DNA of 52,125 nucleotides from Phycisphaerae bacterium (GTDB lineage Bacteria; Planctomycetota; Phycisphaerae; WQYP01): contig JBIJDM010000001.1 of the NCBI GenBank assembly GCA_044344145.1, positions 1-52,125 of the forward strand, read 5' to 3'. The notes under the pieces are model-generated. The model saw only the letters and a program-made list of their open reading frames with translations, was not told where the DNA came from and made no database searches. Below, one piece after another: positions 36,500 through 45,993 of this stretch (within the stretch, counting starts at the first letter, position 1; each line of letters begins with the position of its first letter). The position numbers and the translations under genes are program-made.

Positions 36500-37090
36500 T
36501 TACGGTTTAAATACATCGAGCAGCCGTTTGAGCCAACCCATTTCAGGCTGAACATCCACCGGCTTAACAGCTGCCGGCGTACAGCAACTAAACCGTACAT
36601 TTACTTCGCGGCATTTCTGTTCAACATCGCGAACCACAATATCCATCATTGGTTGCGGGAGAACGAAATCGAAGATGACTTTATCCGCGTAGTAAGTGCC
36701 CCCACCGCCCGCGTGGTAGCACCAGACGAGAAGCATGCCACCTTGGGAGCCGTCGTCATACACCAGAGCGTAGTTCTCGTCCATTAAAATCTGACCAAGC
36801 CCTTCCGCTGGCACGGTCCACTCGGCCAACGGAGAATAATAGTCTTCCCGCACGGGGGACAATCCGACACACCGCAACGAACCAGCAATCAACTCATACA
36901 ACGCTCGGTTCTCAAAGTGGCCCCCAAATACCTCCGGGTAAAAAGTATTAATGGCAAAGGTAAACCGCACACCCAATTTGGCATAGGTTCGATACGGTGC
37001 CAGGACATTGTCCGACTCATTGCCGTCAAACCCGCAGCGAAAGAAAATCGCATCGCTAGCCATCCCGGGACCATAGTGACGTAGTGCCAT
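36500..37090 (-). CDS. Hypothetical protein (orphan, AT-richer gene)
   Basis: ORF 36500..37105 (TTG). ATG at 37090 follows GAGGGA. 196 aa with no recognisable motif, signal peptide or TM. Confidence 0.55.
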   Translation of the reverse strand: MALRHYGPGMASDAIFFRCGFDGNESDNVLAPYRTYAKLGVRFTFAINTFYPEVFGGHFENRALYELIAGSLRCVGLSPVREDYYSPLAEWTVPAEGLGQILMDENYALVYDDGSQGGMLLVWCYHAGGGGTYYADKVIFDFVLPQPMMDIVVRDVEQKCREVNVRFSCCTPAAVKPVDVQPEMGWLKRLLDVFKP

Positions 37091-37309
37091 GCTTCCCTCA
37101 GCCAAGTTGACTTGTTATCACCTACACACGAATGGTGCTATTGTCGGCAAATATGGGCCGTTGGTCAATCATTCAGTCATTCGTCGAATATGAAAACCGG
37201 GAAGATGCACGGCGTGCGGAGGGTAAGAATGACCAGCCCCCCCCCTCTCCCCCCCGCCAGACTTGGCAAACCGCCCCTCAGCGTCTACGCTTAGTTCAGG
37301 AGGTGGCCT

Positions 37310-37984
37310 ATGCCCGAAGGTTCCTTTAGCCCAATGTCTCTGCGGATGGTGGCCATGCTGCGTTCGGGCCAGTATGAACGCTGCGGGGCCTATGTGGAAG
37401 AATTATTGCACACGCACAGCCCCGAGGCGTTGTATCTGAATACGCTGATGCCGGCGATTTTTGCTCTGGGCGAACAGGTGCTGGCGGGCAAGCTCGCCGC
37501 CGCGGAGATTGTCGCCCCTATCGCCTGTGTGCGGTCCCAGATGGATGTGGTCCGCGGCCGGATGCAGCGTCGCCCCCGGCTGGGCAAGAGTATGCTGGCC
37601 ACCTTTATGCCCGGCGATATCGAGCATATCGGGCTGGTGGCGATCAGCCATTGGCTGGACCGCGACGGCTGGGATGTCACGTATACCTATCCACCCCCGC
37701 CGCGGGAAGTGCTGGTAGCCGATATTCTCAAGCGCCAGCCGACCATTCTGGCCATTTCCTGCGGCATGCCCAAGCATGTCGTCACCGCCCGGCATGTAAT
37801 CCAGGACCTGCGCGCGGGCGGATACCCCGGCGTGATCTGGCTGGGCGGGATGGGGGTTAATGTCATGCCGGACCTGTTTGCCCGCAGTGGGGCCGACCAT
37901 ACCGCGCCCAATATCGTGGCCTTTACCCGCAAATTGGCCGAGATTTACGGCTACCAGACCGCCACGCCGGCGGAAATTGCCTGA
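37310..37984 (+). CDS. Stand-alone cobalamin-binding-domain-like protein (helical bundle plus Rossmann-like B12-binding domain)
   Basis: 224 aa, AGGAGG RBS. Layout resembles CarH/AerR-type B12-binding modules: a helical N-part, then MLATFMPGDIEHIGLVAISHWLDRDGWDVTY...ILAISCGMP...VIWLGGMG. The His motif is shifted relative to the canonical D/E-x-H-x-x-G. Confidence 0.5.
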   Translation: MPEGSFSPMSLRMVAMLRSGQYERCGAYVEELLHTHSPEALYLNTLMPAIFALGEQVLAGKLAAAEIVAPIACVRSQMDVVRGRMQRRPRLGKSMLATFMPGDIEHIGLVAISHWLDRDGWDVTYTYPPPPREVLVADILKRQPTILAISCGMPKHVVTARHVIQDLRAGGYPGVIWLGGMGVNVMPDLFARSGADHTAPNIVAFTRKLAEIYGYQTATPAEIA

Positions 37985-38075
37985 TGGGGCCCCGACCGCC
38001 TGCCGGGAGCGTTGCCAGAGGGGTAGGCTAGCCCTTAGGATACGGGCATTATTACCCCATACAGGAGTTATCCGC

Positions 38076-39236
38076 ATGGATCTGGCCCAGCTTAAAGCAA
38101 CCTTCCACGCCCGCTATGGCAATACCGGCCCCGTAACCGTGGTCCGTGCCCCGGGGCGGGTGAATCTGATCGGTGAACATACCGACTATAACAACGGCTT
38201 TGTCTGTCCCATGGCCATCGAACGTGCCACCTATATCGTGGCCCGGCCGCGGCCGGATGCCGTGGTGCGGATGTTCTCGCTGGTCAGCAACGAAGAAACC
38301 CAGTTCAGTCTCGACCAGACCGTCAGCAAGACCGGCCCCAAGTGGTCGCTGTATCCGCGCGGCATGGCCGAGGCGCTGCGGCTGAAGGGCTTGCTGACCA
38401 CGGGCTGCGACTGTCTGGTGGCCTCGGATGTGCCGCTGGGGGGCGGGCTGTCGAGTTCCGCGTCCTTTGAGGTGGCCACGGGGCTGATGCTGCTGAAGCT
38501 CAACGGGAAAACCCTGCCGCTGACGGAATTGGCGCTGGCAGCGCAATGGGCGGAACATCAATATCCCGGCATGCCCTGCGGCATCATGGATCAATTCATT
38601 TCGGCCATGGGGCAGGCGGGCCATGCCCTGCTGCTGGACTGCCGCGATCAAAGCACCACGCATGTGCCGATGGATGACCCCAGCGTGCAGATTCTGATTG
38701 TGAATTCCAACGTCAAACATGAATTGGTACAGGGCGAATATGCCGCCCGGCGGAACCAGTGTCAGAATGCCGTGACCTGGCTGAAAAAGAAATACCCGGC
38801 CATCAAGTCGCTGCGCGATGTGACGCTGAGTCAACTGGAATCCGCCCGGCTGGGCATGGACCCGGTCTATTACAAACGGGCCAAGCATGTCATCAGCGAA
38901 ATCGCCCGCACCACGGCCTTTGCCACGGCGTTGAGCCAGCGCGATCACGCGACTTGCGGTAAGTTGATGTATGCCTCGCATGAATCGCTGCAACATGACT
39001 ATTCGGTATCGTGCAAGGAATTGGATTTGTTGGTGGAACTGTGCCGGGGGCAAAAGGGCGTCTATGGCGCCCGTATGACCGGCGGCGGTTTTGGCGGTTG
39101 CATTGTGGCGCTGGTGGAAACGAGCGCCCGCGCGGCTATTGCCGAAGTGGTGGCGCGGGAATATAACCTGCGTACGCGTCTGGAAGCGAGTCTTTTCGCC
39201 ACCGTGGCCAGCGCGGGGGCGAGTGTAATCGAGTAA
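38076..39236 (+). CDS. galK: Galactokinase
   Basis: ORF 37860..39236. ATG at 38076 follows AGGAG. GRVNLIGEHTDYNNGFV signature, PLGGGLSSSAS (GHMP motif II), MTGGGFGGC (motif III). Confidence 0.9.
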   Translation: MDLAQLKATFHARYGNTGPVTVVRAPGRVNLIGEHTDYNNGFVCPMAIERATYIVARPRPDAVVRMFSLVSNEETQFSLDQTVSKTGPKWSLYPRGMAEALRLKGLLTTGCDCLVASDVPLGGGLSSSASFEVATGLMLLKLNGKTLPLTELALAAQWAEHQYPGMPCGIMDQFISAMGQAGHALLLDCRDQSTTHVPMDDPSVQILIVNSNVKHELVQGEYAARRNQCQNAVTWLKKKYPAIKSLRDVTLSQLESARLGMDPVYYKRAKHVISEIARTTAFATALSQRDHATCGKLMYASHESLQHDYSVSCKELDLLVELCRGQKGVYGARMTGGGFGGCIVALVETSARAAIAEVVAREYNLRTRLEASLFATVASAGASVIE

Positions 39237-39240
39237 TACC

Positions 39241-40281
39241 ATGACCCAAGCACCCGATCATGTGCATGTGGCGCTCCGGCAGTTGGCCCAGGGCCAACCC
39301 CTGAGCCGGACGCAGATGCGCGACTTTATGTCGCGGATTCTCACCGGCGAAATGGAGCCCGCCCAGATGGCGGCGTTCCTGACGTTCTACGCCCAGCGGC
39401 TGCCCACGGTGGATGAATTGGTCGGCGCCATCAGCATCATGCGCGAACACGCGACCATGATTGCCCATCCGCATGACAAAGCCATTGATACCTGCGGTAC
39501 TGGCGGGGTGCATTCCAATCTGATGAATATCTCCACCGCCTCGGCCATCGTGGCGGCGGCGGCGGGCGCCAAGGTGTGCAAACACGGCAACCGCGCGGTG
39601 ACCAGCCGGTCGGGTTCGTCTGATGCACTGGCCGCGCTGGGTGTGAACATCAATACCACCCCCGAGCAGGAGGCCCGCTGTCTGAACGACATCGGCTTGT
39701 GCTTTGCCTTTGCCCCCCGGCATCATCCCGGCATGAAACATGTGGCCCCCATCCGGCAGGCGCTGGGCTTCCCGTCCATCTTCAATATGGTCGGCCCGCT
39801 GGTGAATCCCGGCGCGGTCAAGCGACAATTGCTGGGTGTGCGCAGTCCCGAGGTGGCCCGTTTGCTGGTCGAGGTATTGCGCCAGTCAGGTAGTGTGCGG
39901 GCATGGGTGATCAGCGGACAGGACCCGAAAATGGGCCGGCTGTGCGAGGTATCCATCACCGGGCCGACGCATGTATCCATGCTGGATCAGGGGCACGTGA
40001 CGGAGTTTGAAATGAAACCCGCCGCGCCGTATGTGGCGACGGATTTGCAGAGTCTGACGGTGGAATCGCCCAGCCAATCGGCGGCGCTGATTTATCAGGT
40101 GCTATCAGGGGCCAGCGGGGTACCACGGGCGATGATCATTACCAATGCGGCCGCCGCGTTGTGGGTGGCCGAGGTGGCCAAGGATTACGCCGAGGGTTTG
40201 ACGTTGGCGACCCAGGCGCTGGATTCCGGGCAAGCCCGCAAGGTGTTGGAACAACTGATCAAATTAAGTCATCAGGTTTAA
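39241..40281 (+). CDS. trpD: Anthranilate phosphoribosyltransferase
   Basis: 346 aa. DTCGTGGVHSNLMNISTASA, KHGNRAVTSRSGSSDAL and FAPRHHPGMKH motifs. Confidence 0.9.
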   Translation: MTQAPDHVHVALRQLAQGQPLSRTQMRDFMSRILTGEMEPAQMAAFLTFYAQRLPTVDELVGAISIMREHATMIAHPHDKAIDTCGTGGVHSNLMNISTASAIVAAAAGAKVCKHGNRAVTSRSGSSDALAALGVNINTTPEQEARCLNDIGLCFAFAPRHHPGMKHVAPIRQALGFPSIFNMVGPLVNPGAVKRQLLGVRSPEVARLLVEVLRQSGSVRAWVISGQDPKMGRLCEVSITGPTHVSMLDQGHVTEFEMKPAAPYVATDLQSLTVESPSQSAALIYQVLSGASGVPRAMIITNAAAALWVAEVAKDYAEGLTLATQALDSGQARKVLEQLIKLSHQV

Positions 40282-41564
40282 GGCTGCGTTGCCGGGGCGG
40301 TGGCGGACGGCTTTTTCGGGGCGCGGACTTTGCTACCGTTGCTGAGTTTGGCCTGGCCACTGGTAATGGTCAATTCCTTGGCTTTCACGCCGGCGAGAAT
40401 TTCCACCCAAGTCCCCTGCCGGGCCCCCAAGGTGACATCCTGCATGCGCACAGTCCAGGCGTCGGCGCCTTGCGGTTCGGCGACATACACTTTGCTGGTG
40501 CCAGCATAGCTGACCACGGCGGTCATGGGGACAAACACCGTGGGTACACCGGTGGCGGTAATCACGGTGCCTTCCACAAAACTACCCGCCCGCAGTTGCC
40601 CGGCGGCATTGTCAACCGTGGCTTCCAATTCAAAACTGCGGCTGAGGGCGTCCACCGTTGGATTGATGCGACTGACCAGACCGGTGTATTCCTTATCAGG
40701 CTGGGCGGCGGTTTTGAAGGTGACCGTCTGGCCATTTTTGATCTGGGTGACAAACCGTTCGGGCAGGCGGGCCTGAAGTTTCAGCGTGTCCTGGGCCACC
40801 AGTTGGAACATGGTGGCGCCTTCCTTGAGATATTCGCCGGGGCTGATCATGCGCTGGGCCACAACATAGCGGGCAATCGGGGTGCCGGTGATGCTGAGGG
40901 CTTTGGGGGCTTTGATAATCGAGTCACGCAGATCCTTATCCTGCAACTCCACCAGTGCCTGATTCTGCCGCACCTGCTGCAGGATGGCTTTGGCTTCGTC
41001 GCGGGCCACACGCAGGGCATCTTTGCGCGCTTGAAAGCTGGAGACGATATCCACATACTCGAAGTCGGTCATGATTTTCTGACGGTAGAGTTCGACGGCG
41101 CGGTTGTATTTGGCTTCGGCGTTGGCCAGTTCGGCCATGGCCTTGCTGACGGTGGCGACGGAATCAATATCAAAATTAGCTTCGGGCATGTCGGTCAGGC
41201 CAAGCCGGGCAAGCGTTTGGGTCTGGGCGGCTTTCGCCTGTTTGACCAGCAGTTCGTAACGCTGGGAATCAATATTCGCCAGCGGCTGATCGGGCACCAC
41301 CACCGCGCCGACATCCACGAGCACACTTTCGACCACGCCCGTGACACGGTTGCTGAGCGAGATTTCCTCCTGCCCGGCCAATGAGCCCGTCAGGGGGATA
41401 CTGCGGTCCACCTGGCGCGTTTCGGCGGGGGTCATGCCAACCACCGGAATGGCGTCGGCAGCGTCGGAAGCTTTGGGGGGTGTCGAACCCCTGCCGCAGG
41501 CACCCAGCAGGAGGCAGGCGGGGAGCAGGACCATACGGACTACAGCCGGGAAGCAGCGGGTCAT
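40278..41564 (-). CDS. Efflux-pump periplasmic adaptor (HlyD/MFP family) lipoprotein
   Basis: 428 aa. Lipobox (LLLGAC|G), a coiled-coil hairpin region and beta-barrel-type C-terminus typical of RND/ABC adaptor subunits. Confidence 0.7.
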   Translation of the reverse strand: MTRCFPAVVRMVLLPACLLLGACGRGSTPPKASDAADAIPVVGMTPAETRQVDRSIPLTGSLAGQEEISLSNRVTGVVESVLVDVGAVVVPDQPLANIDSQRYELLVKQAKAAQTQTLARLGLTDMPEANFDIDSVATVSKAMAELANAEAKYNRAVELYRQKIMTDFEYVDIVSSFQARKDALRVARDEAKAILQQVRQNQALVELQDKDLRDSIIKAPKALSITGTPIARYVVAQRMISPGEYLKEGATMFQLVAQDTLKLQARLPERFVTQIKNGQTVTFKTAAQPDKEYTGLVSRINPTVDALSRSFELEATVDNAAGQLRAGSFVEGTVITATGVPTVFVPMTAVVSYAGTSKVYVAEPQGADAWTVRMQDVTLGARQGTWVEILAGVKAKELTITSGQAKLSNGSKVRAPKKPSATAPATQP

Positions 41565-41669
41565 GGTAAACCTTTGTTAAGCAATAAGCGCAATCTAATG
41601 ACCTAGCGGGTGCAAGTCAACCCGGCGGGCGCTTGGCGCTGGGGGCAAACGCCCCTAAACTGACGGGTT

Positions 41670-43064
41670 ATGAGTACACCAATGCAAAATCCCAAGGGTA
41701 CACGTGATTTCTATCCCGAGGCCATGGCCGTGCGCCGGTATATCGAAGATACCTGGCGGCAGGTGTCGATCCGGCATGGTTTTGTCGAGGTGGACGGGCC
41801 GACATTTGAGTATCTGGACCTGTATAAGATCAAGTCCGGGGATGAAATTGTCTCGCAGCTTTTTCACTTTGAGGGACGTGCGGATAAGGAAGGCCAGACC
41901 GATCATTTCGCCCTGCGGCCGGAATTTACCCCGACGCTGGCACGAATGGTGGCGGCCAAAGCCAATGCGCTGCCCCGGCCGATCAAATGGTTCAGCATCC
42001 CCCGCTGCTATCGTGGCGAAGCCCCCCAGAAGGGCCGCGGCCGCGAGTTCATCCAATACAACGTGGACATCCTCGGCGGGGATACCCCCGAAGTCCGACG
42101 GCAGTTTGACATCGAATCGGCAGCGCTGTGTCTGGCGGTGCTGCGGGAATTTGGCCTGAGCGAAAAAGATGTGGTGCTGCGCTATAACGACCGGCAACTG
42201 GTGGAACACCTGTTCCGCGTGGCGGGGCTGACCGAGAGCCAATTCGCGTTCGGATTCTATTTACTGGACCGCATCGGCAAATTGGCCCCGGCCCAGCGCA
42301 CGGAACTGTACCAGCAGAATAATATCGCACCGGCCCAACGGAGTTTCTTTGAAAAACTTGCGGGCCAGCAAAACCCGCTGACGCCGGCGTTCTGGGCTGA
42401 CTTGCCCGGGGCACAAGGGGTGGAAGAATATTGTTCCGCCGTGCGCACTGCGGGAGCCGCGGTGGAATCCACGCTGGCGGTCATGGGCTTTGGCCCCGGC
42501 TGGGCGCAATATGATGCGTCCATCGTGCGCGGCTTGGCGTATTACACGGGCTTTGTGTTTGAAGTAGGCGACACCACCGGCGCCCTGCGGGCCATCGCGG
42601 GCGGCGGACGGTATGACAAGCTGGTGGAGATGTTCGGAGGGCCGTCCTTGCCGGCGATTGGCTTTGGCATGGGCGATATGGTGCTGCAGGTGTTGCTGGA
42701 AGAAAAGAAGCTGTTGCCGGAGCGACTGATTCCCAAGCCGGATGTATTTGTGGTTAACGCGCTGGACACCACCGAGGCGTTGCAGAAACTGCTGGCCGAA
42801 TTGCGCCTGGGGGTATTTGATCCGACAACCAAAGCGATCACGCAGCCCGGACTGGCTGCGAGCAGCAGTTACAAGTCCACCAAGAATATCGGCAAACTGT
42901 TACAGGAAGCCGCCCAGAGTGGCGCCGGCGCGACGGTGATTCTGGCACCGGAGGAATACGCCCGGGGCGCGGTTAAGCTCAAGAACATGCAGACCCGCGA
43001 AGAATGCGAAGTCGCGCTGGTCGAACTCAAACAGAAATTGTTAGCTCTACGGCAACGCGTCTGA
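41670..43064 (+). CDS. hisS: Histidine--tRNA ligase
   Basis: 464 aa. PKGTRDFYP, class II motifs (RPEFT..., FRGE-like YRGEAPQKGRGREFIQ) and AGGGRYDKL. Confidence 0.9.
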   Translation: MSTPMQNPKGTRDFYPEAMAVRRYIEDTWRQVSIRHGFVEVDGPTFEYLDLYKIKSGDEIVSQLFHFEGRADKEGQTDHFALRPEFTPTLARMVAAKANALPRPIKWFSIPRCYRGEAPQKGRGREFIQYNVDILGGDTPEVRRQFDIESAALCLAVLREFGLSEKDVVLRYNDRQLVEHLFRVAGLTESQFAFGFYLLDRIGKLAPAQRTELYQQNNIAPAQRSFFEKLAGQQNPLTPAFWADLPGAQGVEEYCSAVRTAGAAVESTLAVMGFGPGWAQYDASIVRGLAYYTGFVFEVGDTTGALRAIAGGGRYDKLVEMFGGPSLPAIGFGMGDMVLQVLLEEKKLLPERLIPKPDVFVVNALDTTEALQKLLAELRLGVFDPTTKAITQPGLAASSSYKSTKNIGKLLQEAAQSGAGATVILAPEEYARGAVKLKNMQTREECEVALVELKQKLLALRQRV

Positions 43065-43071
43065 ACCCGGG

Positions 43072-43584
43072 GTGGCGCTGATGGGTCCACGCTCCAAACG
43101 CACCTCGCATTACGAAGCTGCCTTCGAGTGGTGGCTCCGGCAGCGCGGGATCGCGTATGTGGCGGTGAATGAGGCCAAGCGGACATTACTGCAAAGCGCC
43201 AAACTCAAAAGTTTTGATTTCGTGGTGTATCGCACGGATGCGGCCAATCTGATTGTGGATGTGAAGGGACGCACCGCGTCGGCCAAGGGGGCTCTGCCCA
43301 ACTGGGTCACGCGTGAGGATATTGACGACCTGCGGAACTGGCAGGAACTGTTTGGGGCAGGGTTTCAGGCCTATTTCGTGTTTATGTATCAATTTCCGGG
43401 TGATCCGCGCAAGGCGATGACCAAAGAGCTTTTCCACTTTAACGATAAATGGTACGCGGGTTATGCGCTGGACGCGGGGGCATATCGCCAGCACATGCGG
43501 GCGCGTTCGACCAGTTGGGGGACGGTGGATTTGGCACCGGAGGCCTTCAATCAGGTGGCGGTGCCGCTGGTGGACATCCTGTAA
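43072..43584 (+). CDS. HYExAFE-motif protein, PD-(D/E)xK nuclease-like
   Basis: 170 aa, starting 8 nt after the hisS stop. N-terminal SHYEAAFEWWLRQRGIAY. FDFVVY ... IVDVKGR resembles a D...(D/E)xK restriction-endonuclease-fold core. The family name is recalled from memory. Confidence 0.55.
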   Translation: MALMGPRSKRTSHYEAAFEWWLRQRGIAYVAVNEAKRTLLQSAKLKSFDFVVYRTDAANLIVDVKGRTASAKGALPNWVTREDIDDLRNWQELFGAGFQAYFVFMYQFPGDPRKAMTKELFHFNDKWYAGYALDAGAYRQHMRARSTSWGTVDLAPEAFNQVAVPLVDIL

Positions 43585-43638
43585 TTTATCGCTTTTCCCA
43601 ATAAACTCATGTTTTTTTAGATTTCGCAGGCTGTGGAT

Positions 43639-43667
43639 TTGATACCGCACCTATTCGGTACTATATT
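43639..43667 (+). promoter_or_regulatory. Candidate sigma70-type promoter of the suf operon
   Basis: TTGATA-N17-TATATT, ~55 nt upstream of the sufB ATG. The spacer contains an imperfect inverted repeat ATACCG-N8-CGGTAC. Confidence 0.4.
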
Positions 43668-43721
43668 TATATGTCGCCTATACTCATTGTGTCGTGGTGA
43701 TGCGAGACAAAAGGAACGTGA

Positions 43722-45179
43722 ATGCCAACTGCAACCAAAACCATCGAAGAACTGGCCGCCCAGGGCTATAAATACGGCTTCAGCTCGGATATCGAGATGG
43801 ATCAGGCCCCCATCGGCCTGTCGGAGTCGGTCATCCGCCTGATTTCAGCCAAGAAAAACGAGCCGGAGTGGATGCTGGAGTGGCGGCTGGCGGCGTATCG
43901 GCATTGGCTGACCATGGTGGAGCCACGCTGGGCGTTTTTGAAATTCCCGCCGATCGATTTTCAGGCCATCAGTTATTATGCAGCGCCCAAAAAGCACAAG
44001 GAAGGCCCTCAGAGTCTGGCGGATGTGGACCCGAAGATATTGGAGACCTACAACAAGCTGGGAATTCCGCTCAGTGAGCAAAAGCAGCTGGCGGGTGTGG
44101 CCGAAGTGGCGATGGATGTGGTGCTGGACAGTGTTTCGATTGTGACCACATTCAAAACCAAGCTGGCGGAAGCCGGGGTAATCTTCTGTTCGATCACCGA
44201 GGCGATTCAAAACCATCCGGAGCTGATCAAGAAGTATCTGGGTTCGGTGGTGCCGGTGACGGATAATTTCTATGCCGCGTTGAATGCGGCGGTGTTCACC
44301 GACGGGTCGTTTGTGTATGTGCCCAAGGGCGTGCGCTGCCCGATGGAACTGAGCACCTATTTCCGCATCAATGCCAGCAATACCGGCCAATTTGAACGCA
44401 CGCTGATCATCGTCGAGGATGATGCCTATGTCAGCTATCTGGAAGGCTGCACCGCCCCCACCCGCGATGAGAACCAACTGCACGCGGCGGTGGTGGAACT
44501 GGTCGCCATGAATAACGCGACGATCAAATATTCCACCATTCAAAACTGGTACCCCGGCGACGCCGAAGGCAAGGGCGGGATTTATAATTTTGTGACCAAA
44601 CGCGGCAAGTGCCTGGGCCACAACAGTCACATCAGTTGGACGCAGATGGAAGCGGGCTCGGCCATCACCTGGAAGTATCCCAGTTGCCTGCTGATCGGCG
44701 ACAACTCGGTGGGCGAGTTTTATTCCGTAGCGGTGACCAACGGCCACCAACAGGCTGACACCGGCAGCAAGATGATCCATATCGGCAAGAACACCAGTTC
44801 GACGATTATCTCCAAGGGCATCTCGGCGGGCCAGGGACAGAATATTTATCGCGGCCAGGTGCGGGTGAATCCCGGCGCGACCGGCGCCCACAACTATACC
44901 CAGTGCGATTCGATGCTGATCGGCCAAAAGTGCGGGGCCCACACCTTCCCGTACATTGATGTGCGCAATCCCAGCAGCAAGGTGGAACACGAGGCCTCAA
45001 CATCCAAGATTGGCGAGGACCAGATTTTCTACCTCCGGCAGCGCGGGATCAGTCAGGAAGATGCGATTAACCTGATCGTCAACGGGTTCTGCAAAGAGGT
45101 ATTTGCAGCGCTGCCGATGGAATTTGCGATCGAAGCCCAGAAGTTGCTTAGTGTCAGTCTCGAAGGCAGCGTGGGTTAA
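43722..45179 (+). CDS. sufB: Fe-S cluster assembly protein SufB
   Basis: 485 aa. Canonical SufB sequence throughout ([15 protein letters not shown], ...[13 protein letters not shown]...). Confidence 0.95.
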   Translation: MPTATKTIEELAAQGYKYGFSSDIEMDQAPIGLSESVIRLISAKKNEPEWMLEWRLAAYRHWLTMVEPRWAFLKFPPIDFQAISYYAAPKKHKEGPQSLADVDPKILETYNKLGIPLSEQKQLAGVAEVAMDVVLDSVSIVTTFKTKLAEAGVIFCSITEAIQNHPELIKKYLGSVVPVTDNFYAALNAAVFTDGSFVYVPKGVRCPMELSTYFRINASNTGQFERTLIIVEDDAYVSYLEGCTAPTRDENQLHAAVVELVAMNNATIKYSTIQNWYPGDAEGKGGIYNFVTKRGKCLGHNSHISWTQMEAGSAITWKYPSCLLIGDNSVGEFYSVAVTNGHQQADTGSKMIHIGKNTSSTIISKGISAGQGQNIYRGQVRVNPGATGAHNYTQCDSMLIGQKCGAHTFPYIDVRNPSSKVEHEASTSKIGEDQIFYLRQRGISQEDAINLIVNGFCKEVFAALPMEFAIEAQKLLSVSLEGSVG

Positions 45180-45219
45180 GTCATTGACATAATTGTTTAC
45201 CCTGTAGGAGTTTGGAACC

Positions 45220-45984
45220 ATGGCCTTGATTGAAATTAAAAACCTGCATGCCCGGATCGCGGAACGCGAGATTCTCAAAGGTGTGAATCTGACGATCAAC
45301 CCCGGCGAAGTCCATGCCATCATGGGCCCCAACGGCTCGGGCAAATCCACGCTGGCCAGTGTGCTGGCCGGGCATGAGGCGTATGAAGTCACCGCTGGCG
45401 AAGTCATTTTCCAGGGGCAGAACCTGCTGGAACTGGAAGCCGATGAACGGGCCCGGGCGGGCTTGTTTTTGGCCTTCCAATATCCGGTGGAAATCCCCGG
45501 CGTCAGCAATACGGCTTTTCTGAAGACCGCCGTAAACGCCGTGCGCAAGCAGCGCGGCCAAGGGGAACTCGACGCGCTGAGCTTTATCAAACTGGCCCGC
45601 GCGAAGGCCAAAGTGGTCAACATCAGCGAAGACTTCCTGAAGCGGAATGTGAACGAAGGCTTCTCCGGCGGGGAAAAGAAGCGTTTCGAAGTATTCCAGA
45701 TGGCCTTGTTGGAGCCGTCCTTCTGCGTCTTGGATGAAACCGATTCAGGACTGGATATTGATGCCCTGCAGATTGTGGCCCATGGGGTGAATGTGATGCG
45801 CGCTGCGGAACGGTCGTTCCTGCTGATTACGCATTATCAACGGTTGTTGACCTACATCGTGCCGGATTTTGTGCATGTGCTCAAAGACGGACGGATCGTG
45901 AAATCAGGGGGCAAGGAATTGGCCTTGGAACTCGAAGCGCATGGCTACGCGGATTTCCAGGAAACCGAATTGGCCACCCACTAA
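45220..45984 (+). CDS. sufC: Fe-S cluster assembly ATPase SufC
   Basis: 254 aa. Walker [10 protein letters not shown], signature FSGGEKKR, Walker [20 protein letters not shown]. Confidence 0.95.
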   Translation: MALIEIKNLHARIAEREILKGVNLTINPGEVHAIMGPNGSGKSTLASVLAGHEAYEVTAGEVIFQGQNLLELEADERARAGLFLAFQYPVEIPGVSNTAFLKTAVNAVRKQRGQGELDALSFIKLARAKAKVVNISEDFLKRNVNEGFSGGEKKRFEVFQMALLEPSFCVLDETDSGLDIDALQIVAHGVNVMRAAERSFLLITHYQRLLTYIVPDFVHVLKDGRIVKSGGKELALELEAHGYADFQETELATH

Positions 45985-45993
45985 GACGCAAGG

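Noticed and set aside
36225-36551. 108-aa ORF over the bipartite hairpin repeats
   Set aside because: The peptide repeats itself where the DNA motif repeats (APIIAHRF / GIYIAHGN). It has no RBS and overlaps the 3' end of the convergent gene. Judged an artefact.
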